This document shows, piece by piece, positions 37,539 to 50,494 of a stretch of DNA of 64,000 nucleotides. The stretch comes from Lama glama (Eukaryota). The DNA lies in NCBI GenBank assembly GCA_028534125.1, contig CM052823.1, forward strand, positions 62,682,001 through 62,746,000, written 5' to 3'. How positions within the stretch are numbered: the stretch's first letter is position 1; each line of letters opens with the position of its first letter. Position numbers and translations under genes: made by a program. The notes under the pieces are model-generated. The model saw only the letters and a list, made by a program, of their open reading frames with translations. It made no database searches and was not told where the DNA came from.

Positions 37539-38489
37539 CTAAGGCAAAGAGGCATCATTACCTTCTCACCAGAGAAGGGCAACCCCCAGCACTGACTTCT
37601 AACATGAGGCTGGGGGAACAGTATGCGACTGAGCTTGTCACACACTCTTACGACGAGGAGGTAACACTGATGGGGAGCAAGGTGAGCCTTGATAAATTAG
37701 GCCAGAAGTTGTGTATTGGAAGCATTACAATTAACCAGCAGAGAACGGAGTCTCACTTCTCAGTTTAGAATTTCGCACTGTTCACGTTATTTCACTATAT
37801 TTGGGTCCCCAGAGGGCAAGAAATACACTGCTGGGTCTGCCACGGATTACTGATTAATTCACAAGTGACTCAGAGAACAAACGAACATGACATCTGTATT
37901 AACTCCCTGTGGGGTATTTCCTTCCCTCCTTGAGAGGAGGTAAATGGTAATTCCAGCGGGAGGGACTCAACGAACACCTGGAGAAGTGACCCGCCAGCTC
38001 TGGAGACGTATTCTCTCAGAGTCTGATACACACTCCAGAACCACCAGGTCTACAGGGATGGACCTCAGGGCATTTCAGGAATCACTCGTCCACGGAAGAA
38101 TCTACGTGATAAAGTTATCTTGGTTTATTCTTAGCATAGCTCTGTGGGGAGCCAAAGGTCAGAGAACTGTATTCTGCTGGTATTTCTCTTTGGAAGAACT
38201 GCAGACAACGAAGACAGGGTATCATTTCCCAAAGAAGTGAAGCAGTGGAACTTCCATGTGTAGAGAGGGACAGTCTAATTTTGCAGCTTGTTCAAACAAC
38301 TTCAAAAAACACCCTTTCGGTCTCAGACGAAATCTTATTTTGTGTTGGTGTTTGGAATTTATCCCTGGGCCAAGCCTCAAAGACAAGACTTGTTGACACT
38401 GGGTACTGACTGAAGCCTGAGGAAAACATTTTTGTAAAATCATTCGATATTGCAGGAGAGTTGAGCTCTATAATAGAGGTTGCTTCTTG

Positions 38490-38995
38490 GCATGCTGTTG
38501 GATTAATGATTTATTCTTGAATAAAAAATGACCTCCAATATTAGCAGGCGAAGGCAGTAAGTATTATCTCACAGGTTCTGTAGGTCAGGAATTTGGGAGT
38601 GACTGAGCAAGGTGGTCCTGGCTTGGGATCTCCCACGAGGTCGCAGGGAAGGTGTCAGCTAGGGCTGCAGTCTTCTGAAGGCTTGAATGAAGGTGGAGCA
38701 TCAGCTCCCAAACTCACTCACGTGGCTGTTGGCGGGAGGCCTCAGTTCCTTACCATGTGACCTCTACATAGGGCCGCTGGAGTGTTCTCATGACAATTAC
38801 CTGACAGTTGGCTCCCCACAGAGCAGAGGATCCGAGAGAGCGCAAGGCAGAAGCTGCGATTCCCTTACAACCTGTCACGTACTGTCACTCCTACCACATT
38901 CTACTCATTGGATGTGGTGTGCTGAGTCCAGCTCACCTTCAAAGGGAGAGGAGGCTCCATCTTTTGGAGGGAGGTGCGCAGAAGAATTAGCTACC
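38490..38995 (-). mobile_element. MaLR solo LTR (MLT1F-like)
   Basis: tattatctcacaggttctgtaggtcaggaatttggg...ctcactcacgtggctgttggcgggaggcctcagttcct. Confidence 0.75.
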
Positions 38996-41900
38996 CCAGG
39001 AGTTTAAATTCTGCTTAATGAAAATGTATGTGAATCAGCGTAGAAGTGCTGTGAGTAAAACATTAGAATGAGAACCCAGAAAACCTGGCTTCTCTTTGCA
39101 GCTTTTTAGCAAATCGCCACGAGCATGCGTGCTGCACCATCGCACTGGGTCCCACGTGCCCTATTGAGATGCTTGTGCCTCTTCTGGTTTTAGAGTGAGT
39201 CTGTCAGTCTAACCCACCTGCGGAGATTTCTCCCATCATGTCACAGCAACAGAAGGGCTGAGCTGGCTGTCCTAATACTTGAAATTAACCGGTGTGCGTC
39301 TCACACAAACCCACACTTGAACACACCTGCTGTGTCTCACACCCCTGGAGCATCTACCCACAGTCCTGGTCTGGAGCCTGGCCTGCGGCCATCCTCCTCT
39401 GTCACATGACATTTTATACCACAGGAAAAATTCAAGGTTGTGAATATCCACCACTGTAAGTTTCACAGCTGTGTAACTAGATTCAGACAATTTTTCACTA
39501 AACTTAAACAGCCCATCGGCACACATTCACTGTTTCGTAGCTCAATCCTTCAAGAAGAGACTAAAATTTTTATGAAGAAGCGTTTCCCCAAGTTCACCTA
39601 ATAGAACATCAAAAAAGAATTTGTTTCTAATTGGACCAGAATCCATGGGAAGAAAACTCTCAGGAGATGCTAAAAGGAGAAATAATCACAGTAACGGGAT
39701 GGTGGAAAGAATCAGTGAAGGCAAGAAGCCCAAGGAGACACTGAGTGGTAACACAGAGTCTAAAGAAGAGCTCGGATAAAGCGGTGAGACATGCTTTCCT
39801 GTGAGATGAACCTAGCGTTTGTACAGGACACAGATTAACCACAGTGTGATACTCAAAGGAAATCCCCAGGAGGATCAACATATTTGAGAGTAAATATTCT
39901 TAGTTACAGATACACCTCACAGTTGACTACTTTCAAATGTTGTTGCCCCCAAATATTGTGTCAGGCAGCACATATACCCACATTCCCAGTTGTCACTTTT
40001 CATCACGAGAATAATGAAGCTAAAGCTTTGAAATTTTAAGTGTCAAAAGTAGAGAAAAACCTTGTTAGTCAAACATATTTAAAAACTGTACTCTGACTCT
40101 TTCAGTCCTCAGGATGGAATCACTGCGGGTCAGCCCCCATCTTCACCAGCAAGCTGAATTTAACTGAACTCTTCCCAAAGTGATCAGTGTCACAGAGTTT
40201 AACAGAATGTGGAACAAATGTACAAAAGAATATGAAAAGGTCGGTATGAGTTCTACATTGAGTTTGCTATTGAATTTCATTTGCCAAATTTGCCTTATTT
40301 TATCTGAATCTCAGGTCTTCAGAGCTAAGCTAATTAGGTTGGATGCAGCAACGTACCCAGGAAGTCATCCCTTTATCACTGAATTGTGGTCCTCTGTGGC
40401 AAATGCCAAGGGACCCCTGCAAGAGGAAGGAACTGAAGTGCAATCACTGATGCTAATTGGAGAGGGGACCAAGGAAAAGAATTTCTCAAGGCTTCACAAG
40501 CTAGAGAGGACGGCACGATGAGAAGAGAGAGAACATTCTCTGCCTAATTACCGTAGCTCAGTAAACTGGACTGCCAGCCAAATCCACAGTGGGGAAGCTG
40601 AAACCACCTTGAGGACATTTTTCAAGGGGGAGAGAGAGAGATCTGAGCTAAACTAGTTTTGCCCAAGGGCTTACAAGAATGTTTGTGCTTGAGTTTCAAA
40701 TGAATAATAAGCTTAATAACAGTGAGAATGTTCACAGAGCCTTTCTTCAAAGGCTCTCAACACTGTCTTTGCAGTACTCCCTTCTTTTCAACATTCCTGA
40801 GAAGTTGGATGGAAATGGAATGATTCTCCCCATTGGAACGGGAAGCGATCATTCCCATCACAAGGATGTTTGGTAGGGATGCAATGATTTTCCTCCAGCC
40901 CACTGCTTTTCTTCCTCTATTTGAACCACAATCCCTGTTTTAAGTTCATTTGCCTGGAACGCTCTCTTCCTTCTTGTCCCTTTGACATAAAACCTTGACC
41001 GAGGTAACTCCACTGCATCCTTCTGGACCAGCTTCAACTTGAAAGCCCCAGAGGATCCAGTCTATTCAAACATCCCCTTCCTTCAGGCATTGAACCCCAG
41101 TGTAATTAATGAATTGCCTGTATCTGTATTTTTCTCATGAGACTGTATATTCAAAGAGAACAGGACCTCATGTCAAAATTATCTAACCCTGTACACTCCA
41201 GCGCCTTGTTAACATCATGTAGAGGCTTGAAATAATCAGATGGGAGGCTGAGGGTGACCATCCACCCCTGCATTACCAGATCAATTATCAGCCTTTGTTT
41301 ACAAGAACCGAGGCTGTCCATTTCCTCAGATTATAAATTTAAGAGCAAGAACAACACCTTAGACATTTTAATCCTAATCACTCCCAGTCTTCAGTACCAA
41401 CCACAGTGACGAATGATAATTACATTTTTTCCCCGGCTCTAAAAACATGAATACACAGACAGGAATGAACCAGCTGATACTTTTAAGCATCTATACCTCT
41501 TATGTCCTTCAAAGTCAACAAGCTACTTGGTACTCTTGATCCTAAAAGATTTCTTTGCCAGCATTAATGAGATATAAATGACACATCCTAAAAGATTTAT
41601 GGCTCCCAGCTCAACACCCCTCAGAATGCGCTCCCCACCCTACTCTGCTAAACCATGTCCATTTCTGTCTTCAGGATGTTATTCAACATTTGCCTTCTTC
41701 CCCAGGCATTCCTGTATTCCCTTTAGCAGAGTCCAGGAAGCACCATCATTTCTGGCATGCCAACAGTCACTTTATAGGTAGGTGCAGTTGAGTTTTTAGT
41801 ATATATGTATGTTTCTGATAATTTTCCTTGAGTATGCCCTGTTTGCTGCCTTGACTTATAAGTGACTTCGGGGCAGAACTTTGAGAGCATGTCTCTTGTT

Positions 41901-42418
41901 ACTTCACATAGCCCCTCATGTACTCTGCACATGTTGCAAGACAGATGCCCAAGTAATGGCCACTGATGATAAATCTGCCTGGAGAAGTAGATTCAGCAAA
42001 GCTAGGATACACTGTGTTCCTGACAACTAGGCCTGTAGCCTGAGGAAGACATCTCCAACACAGTCCAAGGACTCTAAGGAAGCACAGAATTACTTCCCCA
42101 TTCCTCCTATGGATTGGTAAAGAATCCTTTCCTTCTAGGTATCCACATTAGGAAAGGATTAATCAGATACCCAGACACTTCTGCGTCTAGACTGGCTATA
42201 AAGTTTGCAACTTCTGGGTTAACAGACATGTCTCAATTTCAGTATTCCCAGAGTTAAATGCAACCCAAGGCTTCCCAGCAAGCTAATAAAAATAAAATAG
42301 GGAAAATCATATGCTTTAAGAAGTTCCTTTAAAGACAAATCTTGTTTAAGAAGATTTAACACCCAACATTAAGAGACACTAGTAGAATAATGTTAGAATT
42401 TTCTAATTCTATGATTTA

Positions 42419-42778
42419 AAAAACTTCTTGAGTGTAGTTGATTTACAATGTTAGTTTCAGGTGTACAGCAAACTGATTCAGTTATACATACACATACATG
42501 TATACATTTTCTTTCCAGATTCTTTCCCATGAAATGTTACTACAAGAAACTGAATATAGTTCCCTAGGCTACACAACAGGTCTTTGTTGTTTATCTATTT
42601 TATGTATAGTCACGTGTGTCTGTTAGTCCCCAGTCCCTAATTTATCCCTCCCTGCCCTTTCCCCTTTGGTAACCATAGTTTGTTTTCTATGTCCATTAGT
42701 CTGTTTTCGGTTTGTAAATAGAATTTGTATCATTTTATTTTACATTCTACACATAAGTGATATCATACAATATTTGTC
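42419..42778 (-). mobile_element. LINE-1 3'UTR fragment (artiodactyl type)
   Basis: gttgatttacaatgttagtttcaggtgtacagc signature; TSD tctaattctat(g/t)attta at 42402-42418 and 42779-42795. Confidence 0.85.
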
Positions 42779-42959
42779 TCTAATTCTATTATTTAGATAA
42801 AGCAAGAACTTTTGATTTCGATTTTTAAACTGTTTTTTTTTTTTTTAAAGTTTGCACCAAACGGAAGTTAAATAGTTCCACAATTTCTGGCAAGCTCAAA
42901 GGAGAATATGCTATTTCTCCTTGTTCATTAGGAAGACAGTGTTACCAAGGCAATAGGCA

Positions 42960-43210
42960 CAATGGTTTGAGCAAAGTTTGGCCTCTGGAGCCAAACCACT
43001 CTGGTTGAAATCCTAGCAAAAGTCCCACTAGCAATGTGACTCTGGGAAAGATACTTAATGTCGCTAAGCATCAGGGTCTTAATCCATGAAATGATGAAGA
43101 TAACTGTATGTAACTCACTAGACTGTTGCATAACATAAATAAGTTAATACATATAAAAGTGCTTTGAACAGTGCCTGGCACATGGAAATGCTCAGTAAAT
43201 GTGAACTGTC
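42960..43210. mobile_element. MIR SINE
   Basis: ctctggagccaaac...tgtgactctgggaaagatacttaa...aaagtgctttgaacagtgcctggcacat. Confidence 0.7.
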
Positions 43211-43214
43211 ATTA

Positions 43215-43600
43215 CCACCACCACCATCCTCACTCCCCACTGTCACCACCTTCGTCACCACTCACTACTACCTACCACAGTTACCCCTACAACCCACTAT
43301 GACCACCCACCACCCAGCCATCAAATCCCACCATCACCACCATCGCCCACTATGACCACCCCTAGCAGCACCCATCACTACCTACAAACCACTGTCACCA
43401 CACCTACCATCACGAATTGCCACCCGCCTTGATTACCCCCCAAATCCACCATGGCTCCCACTCAACCATCATATCCCACCATCACTATCATCACCAACCA
43501 CCACCCACCATCAGCACCCATCACCATCCACCACCCCCACTGTCACCATCACCATCACCCACCATAACCAATCTGATTACCATGAGCACCCATAACACTC
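43215..43600. repeat. Degenerate (CAC/CAT)n low-complexity tract
   Basis: Reiterated accacc/catcac units. Confidence 0.85.
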
Positions 43601-43799
43601 TCATCTTCCACTGCTGAGCAGACGCCACAAATGCGGCCAGGAAGTCCTTTTTCATCACCTCTTAAATATAAAGACTTTGAAATAAAGACACAAAGACAAA
43701 GAGCTTTGAGGTCCCAAGGAATCTGTTTACAAGAGTCTTCGCATTTCAAATGCCCCAGTACCCTCAAATGATCATGAACAACAGTGACAACTAACCCAA

Positions 43800-44010
43800 C
43801 TGCAGGCTCACTCTGCTCCCGGCGCTGTGCTAATCTAAGTGCTCCCTGGATTATGTCATTTAAGCCTGACAACTCTGCGAGGTGCATGCAATTATTATCT
43901 CTCTTTTGTATACAAAAACCTTTGAGGGTGGGAAATTTGCCTCAATTCACAGAGCTGGTGAGAGAGCTGTATTTGAGCCTAAGACAGCCCATCCTGCAGC
44001 CCAAACCCTT
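43800..44010. mobile_element. MIR SINE (opposite orientation to 42960-43210)
   Basis: tcatttaagcctgacaactctgcgaggt...aatttgcctcaattcacagagct. Confidence 0.6.
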
Positions 44011-44049
44011 CCATATCCCTCTCCTGTGACTGAGCCACTCTTTCCCCTC

Positions 44050-45000
44050 CTTTAGGTGCTCAACAAGGTTCTATTTTTCCCTTTTTTCATACTCGCCATC
44101 TCTCTCTCTCTCATGCTCTCCCACCATGTCAACGGCAGGTGGTCTGCAAGTCTACTCAGTCCCGGTCTGTTGCCTGATTGATCTCTATCCTATACCCTCA
44201 TTAGGGGCACCTCCATTTCGGGGTCACACACCACAAAATCAACATTACCTGAACCACACCAGCTCATTACCTTCCATCTCAAAACCACTGTCTCCTTCTG
44301 GTTGTCCCTTTTTCCTTTTCTCCCTACCCTTAAATCTCTAAGCTTCAAAGTGTCTTTGGTTCCTTTTCTCTCAACATAATCATCACCACCAGCAAGGCCT
44401 CTAAATTCTGTCTCTGTAATTTCTTTCAAATGGATCTCCTCCATTCCATTCTCATCACAACCACTGTAATTCAGAAACTTATCCTCCTAACCTGGGCACA
44501 GAACCTCCCGGTGGTTCCCATCAGTTCTCTCTTCTGATAAAAATGTTCCCCAGTTCTCATCACAGAGAATGAAGACTAATCTTTTCAGCTTTGCATTTAG
44601 AATCTCCTCATTATAGCTGCCTACCTATCGTTGAAGCCTCATCTCTCACCACTGTCACCCATGTATTCATCATCCAGACCAGCAGAAGACTGCGTTTCCT
44701 GAGCACAGCACCCTCCAGCCCTCAGGCCACTGCTCAGGCTGCTCCCCCACTGATCAGGCTGCTCCCCGACTGATCACTTCCCCTGCATCTGGAAATCTGA
44801 CCCTTCAAAGCTCATCTCTAATGTCACCGCCCCCAGGAGGCCTTTTCTGATCTTCCTAACAGGATGTGAGTTTCCCCTGGTGAAACCCCCTAGCACTCTG
44901 TCCCTACCTTCCTCCACTCCTGACTATAGGTGACCTCTGTCCATGTCCGTTCCTCTTACTAGATTGTAAATTCTTTGAAAGCAGAAGCCAACATCCTTTG
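44050..45000 (+). mobile_element. LINE-2 fragment
   Basis: aatgtcaccgccccaggaggccttttctga...actagattgtaaattctttgaaagcag. Confidence 0.55.
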
Positions 45001-46147
45001 CCAAAACCAAACGTGGCCTTTATATGGTAGAGACGCAGTGAACATTAAAGTGCACGTATCTTCCTCCTGATGGGCCAGTGTGACAGAGCTTGCTGCATTC
45101 TGAAATTGTACTGCTGAGAATATGTTAAAAAGGCATGAAACAACCTGAAAGCAAAGGAGGTGGGCGCAACATTTTGGTTCAGAGCTTAGTTCATTATGGT
45201 CATACCTAACCAGCATAAGCAAGTGTTGGGATCTGGCCATCCAGGGAAGAGCACGGCCAGTGAATTCCTCTACCTTCGTAACCCATGTAGACAGTCCCAC
45301 TGCTGACTCATAAAGCTCTTGATCTTGACTGTGAAGGTGGCCAGGATGAAGAAACTGGTCCTGCCTGCATCTGGTTTGTGTCATACAGTCTATTTACATA
45401 ATTTGGTGACCTTTATGAATCCTTGAAATCTACTTTACAAAAAAAAAAATCTCTTTTTTACCTCAGTAACTCTGCAATCATTCTGGGTCTGTGCTCATCT
45501 GGATTAGAAGTGGGACAGACTATGAGAAGATACTCTGAAACTGGCCTCAGAGGAAGACGGGGTTTAGCCACGCAGATGACAGGCAGATAGGAGATACGGT
45601 GAGGAACACAGAGAGGGAAGCAGAAGACCCACGTGCTTAAAAACGTGGCTGGATGAGTCCCGGGGGAACAAGACAGACCTCTCAAGGTCAGTGACCCAGT
45701 CAGGAAAGGGGGAAAACCACTCACATACTAAGAATTGAGTGCATTACGGTGTAAGAAAATAACCAGGGGGTCAGGGAGGGGGTAGCGAGACAAGAAGAGC
45801 ACAAGGGAATATAATGATCCCATCATGGCAACATATTCTGAGGTGAATTCTCACACTTAGAACAATGGGCGTGATTGCTTATCAGCTGCAGTCCCTCTTT
45901 GCAGTCATTTAACCAGCCCAGCTGGGTGCGTCGGCCTGGAGCTCCAAACTTGGAGAAGGGAGAAGGAGCCTAACTATAACGCAAATACAAGCGAATTTGC
46001 ATTCTAACAGCATCTCAGGAGACAAGGTGCAGTTTTAAGAAAGTAGTCTGTCCACAATCTTCAGGACATTAAACTAGTAAAAATACGGAATTTTGGTCGA
46101 CTTGGAATTCACAATAAATGAGAGGTGTCTTATATTAAGAAGAAAAT

Positions 46148-46500
46148 TAAATACCATATGAGATTGCTCATATGTGGAATCTAAAAGAAAACAAACAAAG
46201 CACAAATACAAAACAGAAATAGACTCACAGACATAGAATACAAAACTTGTGGTTGCCAAGGGGGCAGGGGGTGGGAAAAGATAGACTGGGATTTCAGAAT
46301 TGTAGAATACATAAACAAGATTATACTGTATAGCACAGGGAAATATATACAAGATCTTATGGTAGCTCAGAGAAAAAAAAGTGACAATGAATATATATAT
46401 GTTCATGTATAACTGAAAAATTGTGCTCTACACTGGAATTTGACACAACATTGTAAAATGATTATAAATCAATAAAAAATGTTAAAAAAAAAAGAAAAAG
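46148..46500 (+). mobile_element. LINE-1 3'UTR fragment with AATAAA and poly(A) tail
   Basis: Closely similar to 28578-28890; ends aataaaaaatgtt followed by poly(A). Confidence 0.88.
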
Positions 46501-46579
46501 AAAATGATTTAGGGTTTCTATGGCATTTTTTCTCCTGGGAGTCTTGTTACTTTTCACAGCTATTCAGTTATTCTTGAGT

Positions 46580-46696
46580 TTTATTCATTCACTCATCCAT
46601 CCTTCCTTCCAACCATTATCCATCCATCCATCCCTCCTCCCTTCCTTCCACCCATCAGTCCTTCCTTCCATCCATCCCTCCATCCCTCCTTCCATC
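46580..46696. repeat. Degenerate (TTCA/TCCA/TTCC)n simple repeat
   Basis: ttcattcactcatccatccttccttcc... Confidence 0.8.
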
Positions 46697-47051
46697 AAAC
46701 AGTCTAAGGATCTGGAGCCACATTTGCATTTAATTCTATGAAACAGGTGAGATGCAGAGACTGATAAGCGCTCTCTTTCAGGAGAAGAGGTGCAGAGAGG
46801 TGAGAAGCCCAAGCCCGCACTGTGAGTTTTTCACAGGATATGGCCTGAGAGCACAGTACTCTGTCCACTGGACTCTCCTCTTGATCCCTGTCTAGCCTGA
46901 TTCTCCCTGAGATCTTTCTGCCAGCTGCCACCTACCTGTAGAATCTATCATATTTACGGAGAGGAAGCAGTGCCAGGGATCTCCTTTTCCTTGCACGCAC
47001 CTGCGATTATGCCATCCTAGGTCTGAAAGGCATGGAAAACTTGAGACTCAC

Positions 47052-47187
47052 TGTTCACGAAGACGGCAAACCTCAGGAAGGACAGGTAGCGCTCCCCTTC
47101 AATGGGGTTCCAGCCGACGTCCGGGTATCCTCTGGCCAGAAGCATGGGGCAGCTCTGCAGGCCGCAGCCTGCCAAGTAGGTCACCAC
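47052..47187 (-). CDS. RYR3: RYR3 exon 5/24, 136 bp: [45 protein letters not shown]
   Basis: tggcag|GTG acceptor, A|gtgagt donor. Confidence 0.96.
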
Positions 47188-47485
47188 CTGCCAAGAACAA
47201 CGCAAAAGTAAGGGCCCAGGTTTTCTAGGGAAGTTTTTTACGTAGCTGCAAGGCATGCGAAATTCTGGGAACTGAAGGACTTCTTTTCCCCTAGAAGCCA
47301 GCGGGAGCCCACGACTTTTCAAATAAGTAATTTAGCCGATTTGAAACCAGAACCTTCTATTCATTTTCGTTTCCACACAATTGACAAGACTGATGATCAC
47401 GACTACGAAGGAATAGGCCATGTGCTGTCAGCTCCATGGATTTCCCAGTTCTGGCAAGAGGGAGCTGCCGTTTAAAAGCAGGCCT

Positions 47486-47564
47486 GGAGGGGAGGATACA
47501 GCTCAGTGGTAAGAGTGTGTGCTTAGCATGCACGAGGTCCTCGGTTCAATCCCCAGCACCTCCA

Positions 47565-47644
<80 letters not shown>

Positions 47645-47660
47645 AAGTAATCCTAACCAG
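47486..47660 (+). mobile_element. tRNA-derived SINE (vic-1-like) with expanded (AAAT)n tail
   Basis: CAGCTCAGTGG and GGTTCAATCCC boxes followed by (AAAT)19. Confidence 0.85.
47567..47642 (+). repeat. Perfect (AAAT)19 tetranucleotide microsatellite
   Basis: Direct count: 76 nt uninterrupted. Confidence 0.95.
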
Positions 47661-49077
47661 GGTGCCTCTGGGGACACACTGGTGGATGTCGGCTGGCCAT
47701 GCTCCTCTGGCCATGGTATTTCAAGACTATGCTGTATCACGTCACTGGCTGACTGAGGGGGCTCTTGACTCAACAGGGACCTCTCCTTCAGCCCTGGTTC
47801 AACAACAGCTGTCCCGGGTCAGGAGCTGAGACTGGCTGGTGAGGAGGCCATGGCCAGTGAAGGGCTAGGATCTCCCTTTGCTTCCAGGTTACCAGACACT
47901 TAGCAGAAGATCTCAGCTCTGCGACCTGGTGGAATATTTTAGAATCTGCCTACCTTTTAGAAGGTGCCAGGCCAAAAGCTCCACAAATAGACCTTTGCTT
48001 GAAATGCAGCTGTCATTCTAATTTAGCTTTTGATATTTTATGTATGCAGGGAGAAGGGGCATCTTCTGTGCTGCAAATCTGCCATGTCAGCAATGGTGTT
48101 TTCACTGCTTAATTCCTGAGGTCTGGCACATAGCAGGGGCTCAATAAACATTTGTCAAACAAATCATGTATTTGCTGATGGCAAATCCCCTAAGTCGACT
48201 ATTTGGCAAGAATGATGGACCTAAGTTAAAATTCAGTAAGAAGCTATCATCACATTTTTCCTTCTTAAACCAATAAGGATATCACTCTGTTTAGAGCTTA
48301 GATTACATTTGGGCTTAAAGATGTCTGGAAAAAAAACATCAATAAAGGCAGGCATTAGGCAGAGTTTTCAGGGTTACAGGTGCAGGGCATTTCACTGGTC
48401 ACAGAAATAAGTGCTCAGGTGTGTATGTGTGGATGGTGGTTGTTCAGTCTCAGACCTGAATTCCATTGTGATCGATAGAAAGGCAGCATTTACTGGTCTG
48501 TCCCCTTCTACCCCAGGGCCCACACTTGGGTCATTTCCCAACACTGGTCTGAATAAAGTCTATGCACTCTGCTGAGCCAGTGGAACCGCTTGACAAGGAG
48601 GCAGTGACTCTCAGCATCCTCCTTTTTCAAAGGTTTCCCTAAGTACCCTCTCTGCCCTCTCCCAGCCTCCTGGCCTCCACTTATCACATCCTGCATCTTT
48701 GAGGGAGGCTTCAGTCCTTGTTGAGCAGGATCAGGTGAACAAATGAACCACAGCTGAGGATGGGGTGCTGAGCCCTGAACCCCGGGGCACCATTTTGTCG
48801 TAAGAGAATCCTTAGCTACTTTTAAATACAGGCATTGGTGATAATCACATCACCCAAGTGAACTCTGTTATTTATTGCTGTTTAACTGTATGAATAACTG
48901 TGTTGGACTGAAATCTGTCCCACTGGAGGCAGAGACCAGGGATGCCCAGGGCATGTACGGAACAGCTATCACACAGTGCACTGCTGGGCGCACAGCCCCG
49001 GGCCTGTGTGTGTACCGTTGGGGGGCTGTCTTGTTTCTGTTGCAATCAGTTCTTATTGAAACTAGGATGTGTTTTCT

Positions 49078-49200
49078 TTATGTTGGGGGAGGCTAATTAC
49101 AATTAATTAATTATTTTTTAAATGGAGGTACTGGGGATTGAACCCAGGACCTCGTGCATGCTAAGCACGTGCTCTACCACTGAGCTGTACCCTCCCCCAT
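49078..49200 (-). mobile_element. tRNA-derived SINE (vic-1-like) with 14-bp TSD
   Basis: Reverse-complement A and B boxes; TSD aggatgtgttttct (49064-49077) / aggacgcgttttct (49204-49217). Confidence 0.85.
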
Positions 49201-50390
49201 CTCAGGACGCGTTTTCTCAAATACAGAGTCTGTTGAGTTGCTCCCCACTTAAAGCCCTCCACTGGGCTCCAGGCTCCTGGCTCTGCAGTGAAGCCCCAGT
49301 AACGTAACAGGCAGGTGCACGGCCTCTGGAGCCCAACTCTTTGGACCCCTGGCTCTGACGCTTACAAAACCCCACGGCACCAAGGACGCTACCTTACTCC
49401 TCAAGGCCTGTTTCCTCTCCTGTAACTGGGGCACCAATAAGAAGGCTTGTCCTAGGGGTCATGTGTATTAATTCCGAGCGGGGCTTGGAACACGGTGATC
49501 CCGCAGGACTGTGGACTTTTACTAGTAATAGTAATGGCAGCAGAAGGCCCCCTCCTTCCTGCTCCCCCACCCCAAGCACTCTGTGCCCCGTCACACCCAC
49601 TGGCCGGTTCTCCAGTACCCCACGCTCTCCATCCTGAACTTCAAATGCTCCTGGCACATGGTCCCCACATGTGTGGCTTAGCAGCTTCTGTCTGAGCCCT
49701 CAGGCTGTCTCTTCGCTGAGGGCCCTTCCTGACCCCCTTGCTGGGGGTCAGGTGCCCCTCTGCTCTGTGTCCCCAAACCCACCACACAGTGGATGGCCTC
49801 TGTGTGTCTCCCCTCAACCCCAAACTGCCCTGCTCCACACTCGGAAAATGCTCATCTCGTCTGCCAGCCAGTCTAGGAAATCATCCCAAGACGGGACGTG
49901 GAAAAGATGGGGGTGAGTCAGCCCCCACCCCCACCCCCACAGGAATGCATTTCACAACCCGACATGGGGCAGCTCAGCTCTGTCTCATCTGTACACGGAG
50001 AGGACACGCATGTGTGTTCTTTACCTTAATACTGATCACACAATCTTCTGTCGCGTCTCTTTCTTTAGTGGATAAAGATACAAATTTGATGACACAGAAC
50101 TTTATCAGGAACCACAGGTCTCTGGTGGTTCCACGCAGACCAGTGGGGCTGGGACTTCACACACAGGGAACACAAGCACCACACGTCCACGGCAGTGGAG
50201 TTGGGGAGCCCTGCCCACAGGAGATGCTCTGGTCCCAGTTCTCGTCCGGCTGCCAGTGACTCACAACCCACTGCATTTTCATCACACGCTGAAGCGGTTC
50301 TGAGGGAGACCCAGCCTTTGGCTTGCATTTCCTTGGCTTGGCTGTGCTACAGGCAGGGGGCAAGCACAGTGCCTCCCCAGGGCCACTTAC

Positions 50391-50494
50391 CTTCTCAAGG
50401 TCTGGTTCCTCTAAGCCCAATGCCAGCTCGTTGTTGTCCATCACGGAGGAAGCTGCCACATCCAGCGGGGTGGACCCTCTCATCGACGGGGAGG
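50391..50494 (-). CDS. RYR3: RYR3 exon 4/24, 104 bp: (A)[34 protein letters not shown]
   Basis: Long pyrimidine tract then ccttag|CC; AAG|gtaagt donor. Confidence 0.96.

Noticed and set aside
43164-43617. His/Pro/Thr-rich ORFs
   Set aside because: Translation of a CAC/CAT low-complexity tract between two MIRs; no splice or homology support.
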